Source of the DNA: Hormiphora californensis
Lineage: Eukaryota; Animalia; Ctenophora
Assembly (NCBI GenBank): GCA_020137815.1
Contig: CM035356.1
Coordinates: 3,286,001 to 3,350,000, forward strand
Length of the DNA: 64,000 nt
Direction: 5' to 3'
The position numbers and the translations under genes are program-made. Below the pieces are notes generated by a model. That model was not told the DNA's origin. It worked only from the letters and a program-made list of their open reading frames with translations, and searched no databases. Of the stretch, positions 12,749 to 26,400 are shown piece by piece. Every line of letters starts with the position of its first letter. Position 1 is the stretch's first letter.

Positions 12749-13577
12749 ATAGTATTATTGTATAGTAGTATTGTGTCATGTAGTTGCTATTACAATTCTA
12801 CAATTGTAGTTGCTATAAGCTATTACAATTCTACTCTGATCATATAGTGATTGGAATTGCAGATATCGATCCATCCATTCGATCTGTACTGATTTGTCTC
12901 TATGCTTGTCGCTAATTTGCCTAGATCATCTGAACTCATCTATCTACTTTTTTGGTTGGGCCAGGCCGCTGTTAACGTTGTATAGCTGCTGGTCTCCATA
13001 AGACCCTGCGCTGGCTCAGATAGACGGACACGCCACGCACAAACAATTTGTACTGGTATCGGTATATTGAACCCAATATATCTGCTATCCCAAAGAATTG
13101 TCAACAATATCCCTGTCTTGTACAACCATATGGGCTGTGTACGTGTTTGTGATACCAACTAAACGAACACGTGTTTTTTGTTTGTTAAGCTCAGTGCGAA
13201 CTGTATCACTTTCAATATAGCTGGCAACTAAACAAATCTATCTCTCTTAATACCCCACGCGGTTCGTCTCCACATTTTTTCTGTTAAAACTCGCAGGGTT
13301 TTCAACCTGTCTCATCCTTCACTAGAATTGCAAAGACATGTCTCGTTGTATTCGATTGTTTTGGTTGTGTCTCTTAGTCATTCACTATTGAGCTATGTAG
13401 CTGTATCTCTATCAATCTTTTTTCTCGTATTTCCGTTGTTTTTGAAGTCAATGCATTCCTCATTACTGTTCTCTCTCTAACGATCTCTCTTTTCTCTTCC
13501 TCTCTCTTCTCTCCCTCTCATCTTATTAGTTATTCTCGGTCTTCTCTCGATATCTCTCGCTATCTCTCTCTCTATCG

Positions 13578-13622
<45 letters not shown>

Positions 13623-13784
13623 ATCTCTCTTGCCCCTAAATAGCCATCTCACTCTTCCTCTGATAGCTCGAGAGAAAAACAGTTGTTTATTTTTAAACGA
13701 TACACAGCTCAGCTCCTTCCGATAATCGTATTAACATCTTTTGAAGAGAGGGAGAGAAATAAAGAAAGAGAGAGGAAGGGAGAG

Positions 13785-13846
<62 letters not shown>

Positions 13847-13961
13847 AAGATAGAGAAAATGGGGTACAGAGAGAGACAGTTTTGACATTTGTCACACACA
13901 CACACACACATGTGAATTGATGAATTGTATCGCAGTGTTTGTAGGTGCATTATAGTTGGAT

Positions 13962-16706
13962 ATGTCCGGTCGTAGGGCGGATAACACGCGGAGTAAAGCT
14001 CCCCTTGCCAGCCGGAAAAGTATAGTCTACCTCCAGGCGGAGTCCAAAGTTCGGGATCTTAGGAGGACCTTCAGCGCTGGACAGCAAACAAACAAGTGAG
14101 TCACGTGAGATAGTTGCCATGTAAACAAACAAGTGAGTCACAATATGAGACATAATATGAGATAGTTGCCATGGAAACAAACAAGTGAGTCTTGAGAGTT
14201 GCCATGGTAAATTGTGATAGCATCGCCCCCAAGTTTTATAGCTCGAAGACAAAGTCGTCTTTTCGTATGACATCGCACGAGCTTTATAGAATTCGTTAAG
14301 GATTAGATGAAATCCTGAATCATTATTAGTGACACTGTAAAAAGATCAATGCCATTCATTCATGAATGCACCCCTGATAATGACGCAAAAGGATCTTTCT
14401 AATATTCCAGCTTTCGGGCGGCTCTAATTCCAATCCTAATTCGAAGTCTGAGCTGATACTAGCTGAAAATGACATGATTCTATAGTCACGCGTCAGTATA
14501 TCAATAGAGCATCTCAGACATTACGTAACTTACCAGTTTACCAAATACCGTTACGTGGTAATATGCCGTGGGTGACTAGCAGTGACTAGCTGCTGAGTCG
14601 AGACTGATCGAGTTATTATTAGTTGGAGATGTGGGGATTGGGTTAGTGCCAACTCTCTCTGGTTACTCAGTTACATCATGGTACTATTATAGGAAGGCTT
14701 CAACGGAATGAAGCCCCATATAACTTGAGTCTAGATAGTAATTTCCCTCCAAAAACATATAAAATATGAGACTTCCTCCCATAACCTGTATGGCGGCGCC
14801 ATACCCCATCCGACAGTGCGCTCAGATGGGGTCGCGGCGCCAGACAGCCCACATAACTATCCAGCTGACAATACTTCTTCATGACATGGGGTGGAGAATG
14901 GAGATCCACGTCTGGGTTAGTGGGGGTCATAGTTATGTCTAATATTCAATTACTAACATCCCCCTCTCTCTCCTGTCAGTAAGGAAGATACAGATGCAAC
15001 TCTGGTTGATGATCCACTCCTAACAAAACCGCTCAGTGCCAGTGACTCCCAGATCGAGGTATGGAATTCAGTCAGTATATCATTCTATGATACTCTACCT
15101 GATACTATCATGAAATTTCGATACTCCTTCATAAAATATCCGATGCTCCTTCACAAAATAAATCACTCAGCAAATTCCTCCCTGTCAGGTGATTGGACCA
15201 GCTGAGGTAGATGAAGGGATTGGTATGAAGAAGGAGGGGAAGAGGAAGGGTTTTACCATGAGAACCTACAAAAAACTGAAGGATGAGGTAAATCATTGAG
15301 CTAATAGTACCTAATTATAGTTAATTAATTAACTAATTATAGCTAATTATAGTAATATGCAGTTGATTGCCATGTTGCACTTTGGGAATTCTATAGAATT
15401 CTATCGAAGAATTCCTAAAGTGCAATACAGCAATCAGTGTTATATACAGGAATGTGTTGGATAAAAGTAACATATATTATGCGGCCAGCTCATTATCTTG
15501 TTACTATCAGTGCAGCTGGAATTTGCTACTTTCTCCCTCCTGCAGTAGGCTCCTATATGATTATAGGCCCTCGTAGGCTCCTAGGTCGGCTAGCAGGTCA
15601 AGTTTTTATTATTTCTGTGACGTCACCTTCGTTTTCCCGCCTGACCTTACTCAACATGACGCCTGACCCAGTGAGTCAGTGACCCGATCATTTTTGTCTC
15701 AATTCTCTGCTGAGTTAGGGGAGTCAGGAGAGAGAAAAAGAGGGAAATATATAGAATTGAAGAGGGAGAGAGGGATAGATATAATGTTGCAAGATGGGTA
15801 GGGAGAGCGAATTATAATAAGAAAGAGAGAGAGAGAGAGAATATGAGAGTCTCAGAAGAGAACAAGATAGCGTAGATCTGGGCCGTTTGGAGCACGTTTG
15901 TAATTACATTAACTGCGTCCCTCGAAAGAGAGATAGCGGCGTGGGTCCCCCCTCTCGTGATCAGCAGAGAGATCAATTTTATTTACCGTCCAAGTTGCAG
16001 GAGCTCAGTTGATATCCCCTTCTTTTTCGTCACTTCTCCGCATTCATATCTCTTGATATCCCTGTCTGCCGAATTGTTTTTCTCGGGATCAACTTTACAC
16101 AAATATGATTAGTAAAGTAGTGATGAAGGCCCCACCTAATGGGTTGTTCCCGGGGAGGAGAGGATCTGGCAAGGCTGGAGAGGAAGAGGAGAAGGGTGCG
16201 CTACTACAACTCGTTACACCTCTTATCTTGGTGTCATCTGCAGTCGTATCTAAACCTGCCGTCCAATACCATGTTAGTAATGAACCTGCCCCGTCCAATA
16301 CCATGTTAGTAATGAACCTGCCCCGTCAAATACCATGTTAGTAATATAGCTCCATGACTCGTTGGTACCATGTTAGATATTAGTACTTAGTATAACTTCT
16401 ATACCCGTGGGGCGCGGTGGGAGAGGGTCATCAGGGATGCACTTTTGCAGCTCCCAGGAACGATTCATGATCAATGTACCACTACTGCAGTTAGAGCATG
16501 ATCTCGCATGGTCCAATCAGTAGGTACTTGCACATGAGTTCATTGCATTAATATACAGAGTCATTCTTCATTCGTTCTGGACTAGATGCTGCATGCTACA
16601 GTCTACTTCTAGAGTTGCAGAATTAGTACATGTTGTACGACCTGCAACTGTCACGGAAATGACGGGAATATATCTGATGGTCCAATTAGTACAGGATCGA
16701 TCTTTA

Positions 16707-16790
<84 letters not shown>

Positions 16791-18261
16791 CTCTCTCTCG
16801 GCCTAGTTCCTGCAGACAGCCAGTCTATCTCTGGCTCTGTCCTTTGCATTGATCGTTACGACAGCTCTAGCTCTGTAATAATCGGTATCAAGACAGTTTA
16901 TTAAGGCCTTTGTGCTAATTCCGTTTCTAGTATAAATCTATCTCCTTCGAGACATTTCCTGCAACTTTGAAGAAGATAGAAATCTGAATTGCAGTTTCAA
17001 GAATGCAGACCTCCCTCCCCGTGATACTCATCTCGATTACATATACTGAGCTGAAAAAGAAAGTAAATTAATTCTCTAACACCTCCTGCGAGAGCAATGC
17101 CCTGTAATTTGAAATTACCCTTTTTTCTCGTGGATAATGGATTATCGGGACAGGCTGAGATATTAAATTCGTTATGTTACTAAAGTTTTAACAATCCTCC
17201 TAATTTGAGGCTTCGTATTGTTAGTAGGTTTTAACACTAGAACAATGCCAATATATAACGTCCAGTATTATTAACACTCTTGTACGGGGTCTTATTTACC
17301 TGAATATATCGGGGATATTTATAGAGTATCGTCCGAGCCGGACTCTGCATCCCTCTCTCCTCTCTGATCTCTCTGTCTCCCTCTCTCTCCATCAATATTT
17401 CCTCTCACCTTAGCTGTCCCCCATTCAAGGTTCTCACCTCCTCCCTCTCCCCTGCAGATCTGTCCCCCTCTCTCACCTCCTCCCTCTCCTCCAGGTGTTT
17501 ACCCCAGTTCTAGAGCGAGCAAGACGGGCCTCCAAATCCTTCAGCGGGAAGCACGACTGGAGTAGTGATGATGATAGTGATGATGATGAAGATGATGATG
17601 ACCCTCTAGCTCCGAGATCCCGGCCCAAACTGAAGGCATCCCATGATGATCTTGATGATATCTTTAGAAGGTTCATTATTACTTGCACACTGGCCACTGC
17701 ACAGCTTTATATTACAGATTGTTGCGGAGAGACTTCATACGTAATGCTAGTAATAGACCCCCCTCTCTTACTAAGGAACTATGTTTAAAAGTTACCAATT
17801 CCTAATTTACTACAGGGAGACGAGTCAAGATGATAGACTGAGAGCACGAAGGAAGAGTGCCGCGGGGTTCCTGGTCAGTTATGCCAGTAATAAGATCCGA
17901 ATGGCCACACACAGCTCTGAGACATACCAATCTAGCTGGAATCTCTTGCAGGTACTTAGGTGCAGTCAACTGGGCCGCGTCTAGCTGGCACGGGAGACTG
18001 CAGAGTCTAGGGGGACATAGTCTAGGGGACGGGGCACTATCATGGGAACTGGGTTTCAACTGGGTACCGTTCGTCTAGCCCGGTGAGGGGCGGAAGGGGG
18101 TTCTGGCTTCTGTAGGCTGATTTCATCAGTACCATGATACTACCACTGTCACATCAAATTATGTACTTCCTCTCTTCACTCTCTATCTCTTGCCCCAGCA
18201 ACTGATAAATAACTTACGCCATACTCGTGGAGGAAAATTTATGATAAATTTCCCTCCATGA
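13962..18261 (+). CDS. Spliced gene for an uncharacterised ~200-aa basic/acidic protein, or the 5' part of the RhoGAP gene. Exons 13962-14095, 14980-15058, 15189-15287, 17495-17670, 17816-17873 and a tentative terminal exon 18199-18261
   Basis: All junctions are GT-AG and join in frame: MSGRRADNTRSKAPLASRKS...KEDTDATLVDD...VIGPAEVDEG...VFTPVLERARRASKS...RETSQDDRLRARRKSAAGFL. The terminal exon overlaps a palindrome and is doubtful. Confidence 0.65.
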
Positions 18262-18519
18262 GCATGGCACTGATAACCAGCTGCGTCAGATAGCCCTTCA
18301 CGCCTTTTTCCCCCGCAGTATTGCACTTTGATTTCCATCTAAAATGAAAATACCCTTCTCGAGAGGTGGTGCAGTCACTATTATAGAGATCGTACTATAT
18401 TAATATGATAGATAAGAGTCAAAGCTCTCACCTCTTCCAATTCTAAAAATGACGCAAGTGATCTCTATAGTGACTGCACACCTTCTAATTTGCCCTTTTC
18501 TGTATGTTGGTGGTTTTTA
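17111..18519 (+). repeat. Segmental duplication, copy 1 (~1.4 kb; copy 2 at 32022-33460)
   Basis: Shared sequence runs from gaaattacccttt to tgtatgttggtggttttta. The exon translations are the same and intronic parts differ by indels. Confidence 0.93.
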
Positions 18520-18652
18520 TAGTTTGTAGAGATGGTATCTCCTTCCAGCTTGGTCAACAGGGACAAAATGAAATTACGGTGTTTTATTAAACGGAACAGT
18601 TTCGATGTCACAACATCTTCATCAGCCTATGTTCGGGCTTATTAGTCAGGAC

Positions 18653-19406
18653 CACTATTGGTGCGCGGTCGTGCCCACGGAAGGAGTGCTTGGATCATCT
18701 TGAAACCGGTTTTAAGTTCACTAATGCATACCCAAAAGTGTCCGTAGCCATTTGGGTGATGTTCTGACAATCCAATCACGAGTTATGACCGAAAAACAGT
18801 CAAAAAAGACGTTTAAAAGTGACAAAAAGGAGGATCTGAACACAGCCCTTATATGAAGGGCTGGGGCTTTGAAACTTCTTGTGTGGACAGAGAATCGTCC
18901 AAATTTGCAGTGTCAACTTTCAGATAGTTTCTATCTTTTGTAGTTATCTAATTAGAGTCGTTTAAACATGTGAGAAGTTGCTAAAGGGGCCTATAATACT
19001 GCTTGTGAAGTGATCACTTGACGAGATTTGCCCAATTAGAGAGCGGAAATTAAAGATAAACGGTAAAAGGGAACAAAATGGACGGGAAAAGAGACCCTAA
19101 TCACCCCGTTTTTTCAGGGTCTAAAGTCTAATTTTTTGAATGGCTCTAATTAGATAATCAAAAAAATAAAACACTAAAGTTGACACTGCAAATTTGGACG
19201 ATTCTCTTTCCCCCAAAAAAGAAGTTTCAAAGCCCCACCCCTTTATATAAGGGTGTGTTCAATCCCCCTTTTTTTTCACTTTTTTTAAAGTCTTTTTTTT
19301 TCTGTTTTTGGTCTAACTGTGATTGGTTGCAGAACATCACCCAAAAGGCCCCTTTTAAACGGAAAAAACCCTTTAGTGGCAGCCGTGCGATGGTCCCGGG
19401 TTAGTG
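18653..19406. mobile_element. Fold-back element with ~300-bp imperfect inverted arms and cacta...tagtg termini (CACTA-like non-autonomous element)
   Basis: agagaatcgtccaaatttgcagtgtcaacttt (~18890) is the reverse complement of aaagttgacactgcaaatttggacgattctct (~19176). The right arm shows homopolymer-type degradation. Confidence 0.65.
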
Positions 19407-19773
19407 GTACTGGTATCGGGGTTCTGGAGAAATTTGGTCGTGGATGAGCGGGCTCGTGTGTGAATAGGTTAATACGGTGTACTTGGGGTGAGTGAGTGAT
19501 GAATCTAGGTCCAAATTTTACATGGGCGTCCAGTGGATTGGGGAACTGTTCTACCCGATGGTTTTCCAGCCCCCTACCCGCTGGCCGGCTAGAAAGTTGG
19601 GTGGATAAGTGAGGGTGAATTCCAAACCCATGCCAGGGCAAATGTCAAAGAAAAACTCAGAGCTACACACAAAAAGTCTAAAAACAACGACTGAACCACT
19701 ACAACCAAGGAAGTAAGAACACTGGAAACTGAAGTAAATAAATTAAAAGACAGAGAGAAGTCCATAAGAACTA

Positions 19774-22700
19774 CTAAAGTCCAATCACTTTCAAGAATTG
19801 GGCCAGGGAGGCAGGTTTGCAGTCTGCGAGTTGCTGTACGGAAAGAACCGGGTATCCAAGGATGTTAGATCGATGTTTGAAAAGAGCTGGACAAGTTCCC
19901 AGGAGGTGTAGATTATCTTCCTCCTCTAACTTACATCTCTGGCAGGTAGTATCGATGCCGGTGTATGCGAGACCAACTCTAAGAGGTGCCCGATTGTTTA
20001 ACACAGCACCGACTTTGCACACGTTGACCCTGGTCAGGGAAGATGGGATCAGGCGCATTGTAAGTGCTATTGATCTTAGTTTGTTCTTGGAGGACGGCAG
20101 CTTCTCAAACAAATTCCCTACTCTGTTATATTCTGCGGACCGAAGTTGCTTTTTAACTTGTCCGGTTGTGATGGGGAGCTGAATCGGAACTGCCGAGGAA
20201 GCACAGGCCCACTCTCTGGCTGCTTGATCGGCGGCCTCATTCCCAATGCACCCTTGGTGGCCTCGGACCCAGTAAAGCCGAACTGGAACTTTTCTTGCTT
20301 CGCTTAGTTGGTTGAGAGCGCTGGCGGTGTCCGCTTCTAATCTAGTGTGTAGTAAGGGTTTTGTGAGCCCGTGCAGCGCGGCCTGGCTATCGGAGAATAT
20401 AACGATGGGTCTTCCAGCGTCAAGTGTAGGGGTCTGCACTGTGGAGTTAATTTCATGAAGGGCAGCTTCCTTAATCGCTACAAGTTCAGCCTGATAGATG
20501 GATGACCCTAGACTGAGCTTCGTACCTAGTGTCTGTTTGGATCCCTGGCCGTACCTTATCCACCCGCTGCCGGCTTCCCCTGATTCTGGAAAAACAGATC
20601 CATCAGTATAATACTCGACGGCTTCGATACCCCCTAAATGTTCCGCTGCTGAGATTTGCAATCCATCATCAACGTGGACAGTAAACCTTCGATCAAGGTT
20701 AGGCACATGAAGTTTCTTTGTTTCAAGGAAGGGGGAGGGTAGTAACTTTGTCGCTTCCATTTCTGCCCTGGTCTTGGCCACTTCGCTGAGTGGGTGGAGT
20801 CCAGCCAGGAGGGTAGTTTGCAGGTTTGGAGCTGTTCTCCCTCCTCCTAATGCAGCCTTAGCAGCGTTCGCTGATATTTGGTTAAGTTTTCTATCGAGGG
20901 ATTTGAGCTTATAGCTCCAGGCTATCGCCCCGTAAGTAGCCTTAGGAACAATAACACTCTTGTAAAGTCTCCTAATAATGTTAGGATGGCTACCCCACCG
21001 CCTGTGCCCTAACTTAATCAAATTATGTAGGAGGACTTGGGTCTCTCTAGTTACTTTCAGGATGTGAGGGCCCCACCTGAGTGATTCTTGTAGGATGACT
21101 CCCAGGTATCTGATTTCAGAAACTTGTTGAAGCTCCTTGTTGCCCACTCGGATCGAAATTCCAGGGGGGACGATCCTGTTTTTCCGGTGTTTTCTAGAAA
21201 AGAGGATCCATTTGGTTTTGTCAGGATTTAAGGCGACCCCACTTACTTCACTCCAGATTAGAAGCTCGTCGATGATGACCTGGGCCCTCCTGATACACTC
21301 CTCTATCGTGGCTGCCGTGATTAGAGAAACAAAATCATCGGCCCACGAAATGGTATACTCTATCGAATTCAGTTCCAGAACTAGCTCTCTGGTGGCTGCA
21401 TTCCAGCAGAAGGGTGAAGCCACTCCACCTGCTGGTGTACCATCAAGCCCTGTCCTGGTGATCTGGTGTCCACCTAATGAGAGGGTGACTTTCCTGTGGG
21501 AAAAGTAATAACCTAGTGAAGCAAGTATGTCTTCCGGCACTCCAAGTTGAGAGAGGGCGTCCAATATCAAGTTGGGAGCGACTGTGTCGAATGCTCGCGA
21601 AAAGTCTACAAACAGCCCTAGACAGTACATGTTCTTGTCTAACGCTTCTTCAACCTTCAACACTGTTTTGAGGATGGCTAAACTAGTGGATGTCCCTTTC
21701 CTGAACCCGAGTTGCTGGTCCGCCAGTTTTGACATAATTCCCAAATCATGCTCCATGTGCCAGAGGAGGAGTCTTTCATATAGTTTGTAGAGGCAAGGCA
21801 TGATACTAATGACCCTGTATCCTAGTTTGCTATCTCTCGGTTTTCCATTTTTGGGCAGCAGAATACCTCTAGTGTCAAGCCATGCGTCTGGGAGGCAACG
21901 AAGAACAAAGCAGTCAGTGAAAATCGATCTGACCGGGTCGGCTAACAGGTCCCATACCGCTGCAAGATCCCCATAACTAATCCCATCCGGTCCAGCCGTG
22001 GGTTTGTGTTTTACCAGGTTAATTACTTTCGTGATTCTAACTGCACTAAATATAGTAGTGGCCCTTCTGTAAGCGTCGACCATGTCCCTCGGGGTAGATG
22101 ATCGGGATGTGGGGTCCCTCGGGGTAGTTGAACTGGATGTGGGGTCAGTAGGGGGCTGGAGTCCATCCGTCTGAGTGCCACCAATTAGATGATCCGCTAG
22201 GACGGTCAAAGTCTCCTCCGTTGAAGGAATCACACAGCCACCTTCCTTGATTGCTGGGAGGGTTCTGGGGTCTCGTGGTACCCCCATTTTCTTCATTAAG
22301 TGGTACCCTCTTTTTTCATGTGCCTCTGAGCAAAACCGTTTTATTGAGTCCTCCCTTTGTACACATTTTTCCTCGTTATAGTCCATTCTGGCTGCTTTTA
22401 GAGTTGGAAGTAACCTTGGGTCATCATCTACTCTATTATGAAGGTTGACTATCCTTTTCCTTTTGCGATCAAGTGTTGCCCCAAACCATGGCTTGTTATC
22501 TACTCTCTCCCTGAAGATTACTTCCTTGGTTGCTCCCTCTTTGGTATCTTTGAAAATCTGGAGAAGGAGGTTGACTTTATTGTTAAGTTGAGCGCGTCCT
22601 ATCGCTGGCGTTGTGAGGGAGCTTTCCGCTGCAATGGCTGTTTGAAGCCTTCTACTCCACTTCTCCATTTCTATTGAACTGGATGTAGTCCTGCCCCCTC

Positions 22701-23433
22701 TGTGACTGGTTGTTGAGGGGAGTCTTACTGTGTAGGATATGGTTCCGTGATCTGATAATGGATTAGACTGAACCTTCCATCCTTCGATCAGGTGGAAACA
22801 AGAGAGTGATACGAAGGTAACATCGATGTGCGAGTATTGGTTTTGGGAGGGTCTGGTCCAGGTTGGGCCACTGTCTGGGTCATTAATTACCCCTAATTGG
22901 AAAGTTGAGATGAGGTCTACTAGTTTTTCTCCCCTCTTGGTGGTCTTTGATCCTCCCCAGAGAGGATGATGGGCATTCCAATCCCCGCCTACAAGTACTC
23001 CCAGTTTGTGTCTCTCGCACCATTCTAGAAGCGAGATAAGCAGAGGGGGCAAATCGGTGTTGTGTCCATGATTGGCCCAGTACACTGAGGCAATGACCAT
23101 ATTTCCGTATCGGACGGCAGCTAAGTCTTCATTGGTGAATGAGTCTAAGCGGGCACACTGTGAGCCAATCTCACTGGGAAGAAGAATGCACGCCCTCACT
23201 GGTTTTGAAGGAGTGAGAGATTGAATAAGAGCCCCCCTGTGTGGGATCGAAACTTTGTGCCGGGCACCACCAGTGGTAGGGGGTTCTTGTAACAGGAGTA
23301 TGGATTTAGAGTCTGTAACAGCAAAGTCGAGGGCAGAGTGACTAGTGTTGCAGTTTAGTTGAGTAACGTCAAGGTAATCCATTTCCTCCAAACAGGAGGT
23401 GCAGGGCCTAAGGGAAAGAACAAAGCTAGCCAC
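19774..23433 (-). CDS. Non-LTR retrotransposon pol-like ORF: APE endonuclease, reverse transcriptase, RNase H and C-terminal Cys/His motif (R1/LOA/Tad1/I-group type); likely ATG at 23382
   Basis: APE motifs QLNCN, LLQEP, GGDWNAHH, HIDVTF, SDH. RT motifs GPDGI, YRVISIM, QLGFRKG, VDFSRAFDTV, GTPAGG, WADD, IRYLGV. RNase H motifs YYTDGS, QAEL, FSDSQAAL, WVRGHQG, GNEAAD. C-terminal CQRC...HLLGTC. The ORF is uninterrupted. Confidence 0.95.
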   Translation of the reverse strand: MASFVLSLRPCTSCLEEMDYLDVTQLNCNTSHSALDFAVTDSKSILLLQEPPTTGGARHKVSIPHRGALIQSLTPSKPVRACILLPSEIGSQCARLDSFTNEDLAAVRYGNMVIASVYWANHGHNTDLPPLLISLLEWCERHKLGVLVGGDWNAHHPLWGGSKTTKRGEKLVDLISTFQLGVINDPDSGPTWTRPSQNQYSHIDVTFVSLSCFHLIEGWKVQSNPLSDHGTISYTVRLPSTTSHRGGRTTSSSIEMEKWSRRLQTAIAAESSLTTPAIGRAQLNNKVNLLLQIFKDTKEGATKEVIFRERVDNKPWFGATLDRKRKRIVNLHNRVDDDPRLLPTLKAARMDYNEEKCVQREDSIKRFCSEAHEKRGYHLMKKMGVPRDPRTLPAIKEGGCVIPSTEETLTVLADHLIGGTQTDGLQPPTDPTSSSTTPRDPTSRSSTPRDMVDAYRRATTIFSAVRITKVINLVKHKPTAGPDGISYGDLAAVWDLLADPVRSIFTDCFVLRCLPDAWLDTRGILLPKNGKPRDSKLGYRVISIMPCLYKLYERLLLWHMEHDLGIMSKLADQQLGFRKGTSTSLAILKTVLKVEEALDKNMYCLGLFVDFSRAFDTVAPNLILDALSQLGVPEDILASLGYYFSHRKVTLSLGGHQITRTGLDGTPAGGVASPFCWNAATRELVLELNSIEYTISWADDFVSLITAATIEECIRRAQVIIDELLIWSEVSGVALNPDKTKWILFSRKHRKNRIVPPGISIRVGNKELQQVSEIRYLGVILQESLRWGPHILKVTRETQVLLHNLIKLGHRRWGSHPNIIRRLYKSVIVPKATYGAIAWSYKLKSLDRKLNQISANAAKAALGGGRTAPNLQTTLLAGLHPLSEVAKTRAEMEATKLLPSPFLETKKLHVPNLDRRFTVHVDDGLQISAAEHLGGIEAVEYYTDGSVFPESGEAGSGWIRYGQGSKQTLGTKLSLGSSIYQAELVAIKEAALHEINSTVQTPTLDAGRPIVIFSDSQAALHGLTKPLLHTRLEADTASALNQLSEARKVPVRLYWVRGHQGCIGNEAADQAAREWACASSAVPIQLPITTGQVKKQLRSAEYNRVGNLFEKLPSSKNKLRSIALTMRLIPSSLTRVNVCKVGAVLNNRAPLRVGLAYTGIDTTCQRCKLEEEDNLHLLGTCPALFKHRSNILGYPVLSVQQLADCKPASLAQFLKVIGL

Positions 23434-23469
23434 AAAAAACGAAAACTAGGAGAGCAGGAAGCTAAGAAG

Positions 23470-26400
23470 GAGGTGAGGGTGATTAAGATAACAGGCTCAA
23501 GCAGTGAGTAGAGTGAGTGATAACTAGGATAACAGGAAACTGGGCAGTGAGTAGAGTGAGTGATAACAAGGAAAACAGGTAACTGAGTAGTAAGTAGAGA
23601 TAATGATGACTATGATAACAGGTAACTGAGCAGTAAGTAGAGTGAGTCGATAACTAGGATAACAGGTAACTGAGTAGAGAGGGTGATAACTAGGATAACA
23701 GGTAACTGGGCAGTGAGTAGAGTGAGTGATAACTAGGATAACAGGTGACTGAACAGTGAGTAGAGTGAATGATAACTAGGATAACAGGTAACTGAGTATT
23801 GAGTGGAGTGGGCCATAACTAGGATAACAGGTAACTGAGTAGAGTGGGTGATAACTAGGATAACAGGAAACTAGGCAGTGAGTAGAGTGAGTGATAACTA
23901 TGATAACAAGTAACTGAGTATTGAGTAGAGTGAGTGATAACTAGGATAACAGGTGACTGAGTAGAGTGAGTGATAACTAAGATAACAGGAAACTGAGTAG
24001 TGAGTAGAGTGAGTGATAACTAGGATAACAGGTAACTGAGTAGGGGTAGAGTGAGTGATAACTAGGATAACAGGTAACTGAGTAGTGAGTAGAGTGAGTG
24101 ATAACTATGATAACAAGTAACTGAGTATTGAGTAGAGTGAGCGATAACTAGGATAACAGGTGACTGAGTAGAGTGAGTGATAACTAAGATAACAGGAACT
24201 GAGCAGTAAGTAGAGTGAGTGATAACTAGGATAACAGGTAACTGAGTAGTGAGTAGAGTGAGTGATAACTAGGATAACAGGTAACTGGGCAGTGAGTAGA
24301 GTGTGTGATAACTAGGATAACAGGTAACTGAGTAGTGAGTAGAGTGAGTGATAACTAGGATAACAGGTAACTGAGTAGGGGTAGAGTGAGTGATAACTAG
24401 GATAACAGGTATCTGAGTAGAGTGGGTGATAACTAGGATAACAGGAAACTGAGTAGAGATAATGATAACTAGGATAACAGGTAACTGAGCAGTGAGTAGA
24501 GTGAGTGATAACTAGGATAACAGGTAACTGAGTAGTGAGTAGAGTGAGTGATAACTAGGATAACAGGTAACTGAACAGTGAGTAGAGTGAGTGATAACTA
24601 GGATAACAGGTAACTGAATAGTGAGTAGAGTGAGTGATAACTAGGATAACAGGTATCTGAGTAGAGTGGGTGATAACTAGGATAACAGGTAACTGAGTAG
24701 AGATAATGATAACTAGGATAACAGGTAACTGAGCAATGAGTATTGTGTGTGATAACTAGGATTACAGGAACTGAGCGGTGAGTAGATTGGGTGATATCTA
24801 GTATGACATGTAACTGAGCAGTGAGAAGTGTGAGTGATCGGACTATGATAGGAGAAAAATAGAAAGGAAAGATCAAAAGAGATGAGAAGTAAGAAGCACG
24901 ATCAGATAACTTACAGGAGATGTTGACTGGGACTAGTAGTCGTCTGGGTGATGCTGGACTTTTCTTGTCTTGTCTTTTGATACTAGCGGGGCAGAAAGGG
25001 GATAAGCTAGGCTGATAAGGGGGGCAACAAAAGGGATAGCCGAGAGCTAGAAGAAGTAAGCACAACTCGGGAAACAGGGAAGAGTGAAAACCCCGAAGAA
25101 GTAAATGAACAGGCCAGATGGGGTGAGAATGATAGACCGGATAACACCAGGGTACTGTGAGTGATAACTGATATAACAGGTAACTGAGCAGTGAGTAGAG
25201 TTGGTGATAACTAGGATAACAGGTAACTTAGCAGTGAGTAGAGTTGGTGATAACTAGGATAACAGGTAACTGAACAGTGAGTAGAGTGAGTGATAACTAG
25301 GATAACATGTAACTGGATAGTGAGTAGAGTGAGTGATAACTAGGATAACAGGCAACTGGGCAGTGAGTAGAGTGAGTGATAACTAGGATAACAGGTAACT
25401 GAGTAGAGTGGGTGATAACTAGGATAAAGGGTAACTGAGCAGTAAGCAGAGTGAGGGATAACTAGGATAAAGGGTAACTGAGCAGTAAGCAGAGTGAGTG
25501 ATAACTAGGATAACAGGTAACTAAGCAGTGAGTAGAGTGAGTAATAACTAGGATAACAGGTAACTGAACAGTGAGTAGAGTGAGTGATAACTAGGATAAC
25601 ATGTAACTGGATAGTGAGTAGAGTGAGTGATAACTAGGATAACAGGTAACTGAACAGTGAGTAGAGTGAGTGATTACTAGGATAACATGTAACTGAGTAG
25701 TAAGCAGAGTGAGTGATAACTAGGATAACAGGCAACTGGGCAGTGAGTAGAGTGAGTGATAACTAGGATAACAGGTAACTGAGTAGAGTGGGTGATAACT
25801 AGGATAACAGGTAACTGAGCAGTGAGTAGAGTGAGTGATAACTAGGATAACAGGTAACTTAGCAGCGAGTAGAGTGAGTGTTAACTAGGATAACATGTAA
25901 CTGAGTAGTAAGTAGAGTGAGTCGATAACTAGGATAACAGGTAACTGAGTAGAGTGGGTGATAACTAGGATAACAGGTAACTGAGCAGTGAGTAGAGTGA
26001 GTGATAACTAGGATAACAGGTAACTTAGCAGCGAGTAGAGTGAGTGTTAACTAGGATAACATGTAACTGAGTAGTGAGTAGAGTGAGTCGATAACTAGAA
26101 TAACATGTAACTGAGTAGTGAGTAGAGTGAGAGATAACTAGGATAACAGGTAACTGAGCAGTGAGTAGAGTGAGTGTTAACTAGGATAACATGTAACTGA
26201 GTAGTAAGTAGAGTGAGTCGATAACTAGGATAACAGGTAACTGAGTAGAGTGGGTGATAACTAGGATAACAGGTAACTGAGCAGTGAGTAGAGTGTGTGA
26301 TAACTAGGATAACAGGTAACTGAGTAGTGAGTAGTGTGAGTGATCGGACTATGATAGGAGAAAAATAGAAAGGAAAGATCAAAAGAGATGAGAAGTAAGA

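Noticed and set aside
16105-16341. 78-aa ORF as an additional exon or alternative first exon
   Set aside because: Its start looks coding-like, but no convincing donor or acceptor was found and its end is a 30-bp tandem repeat.
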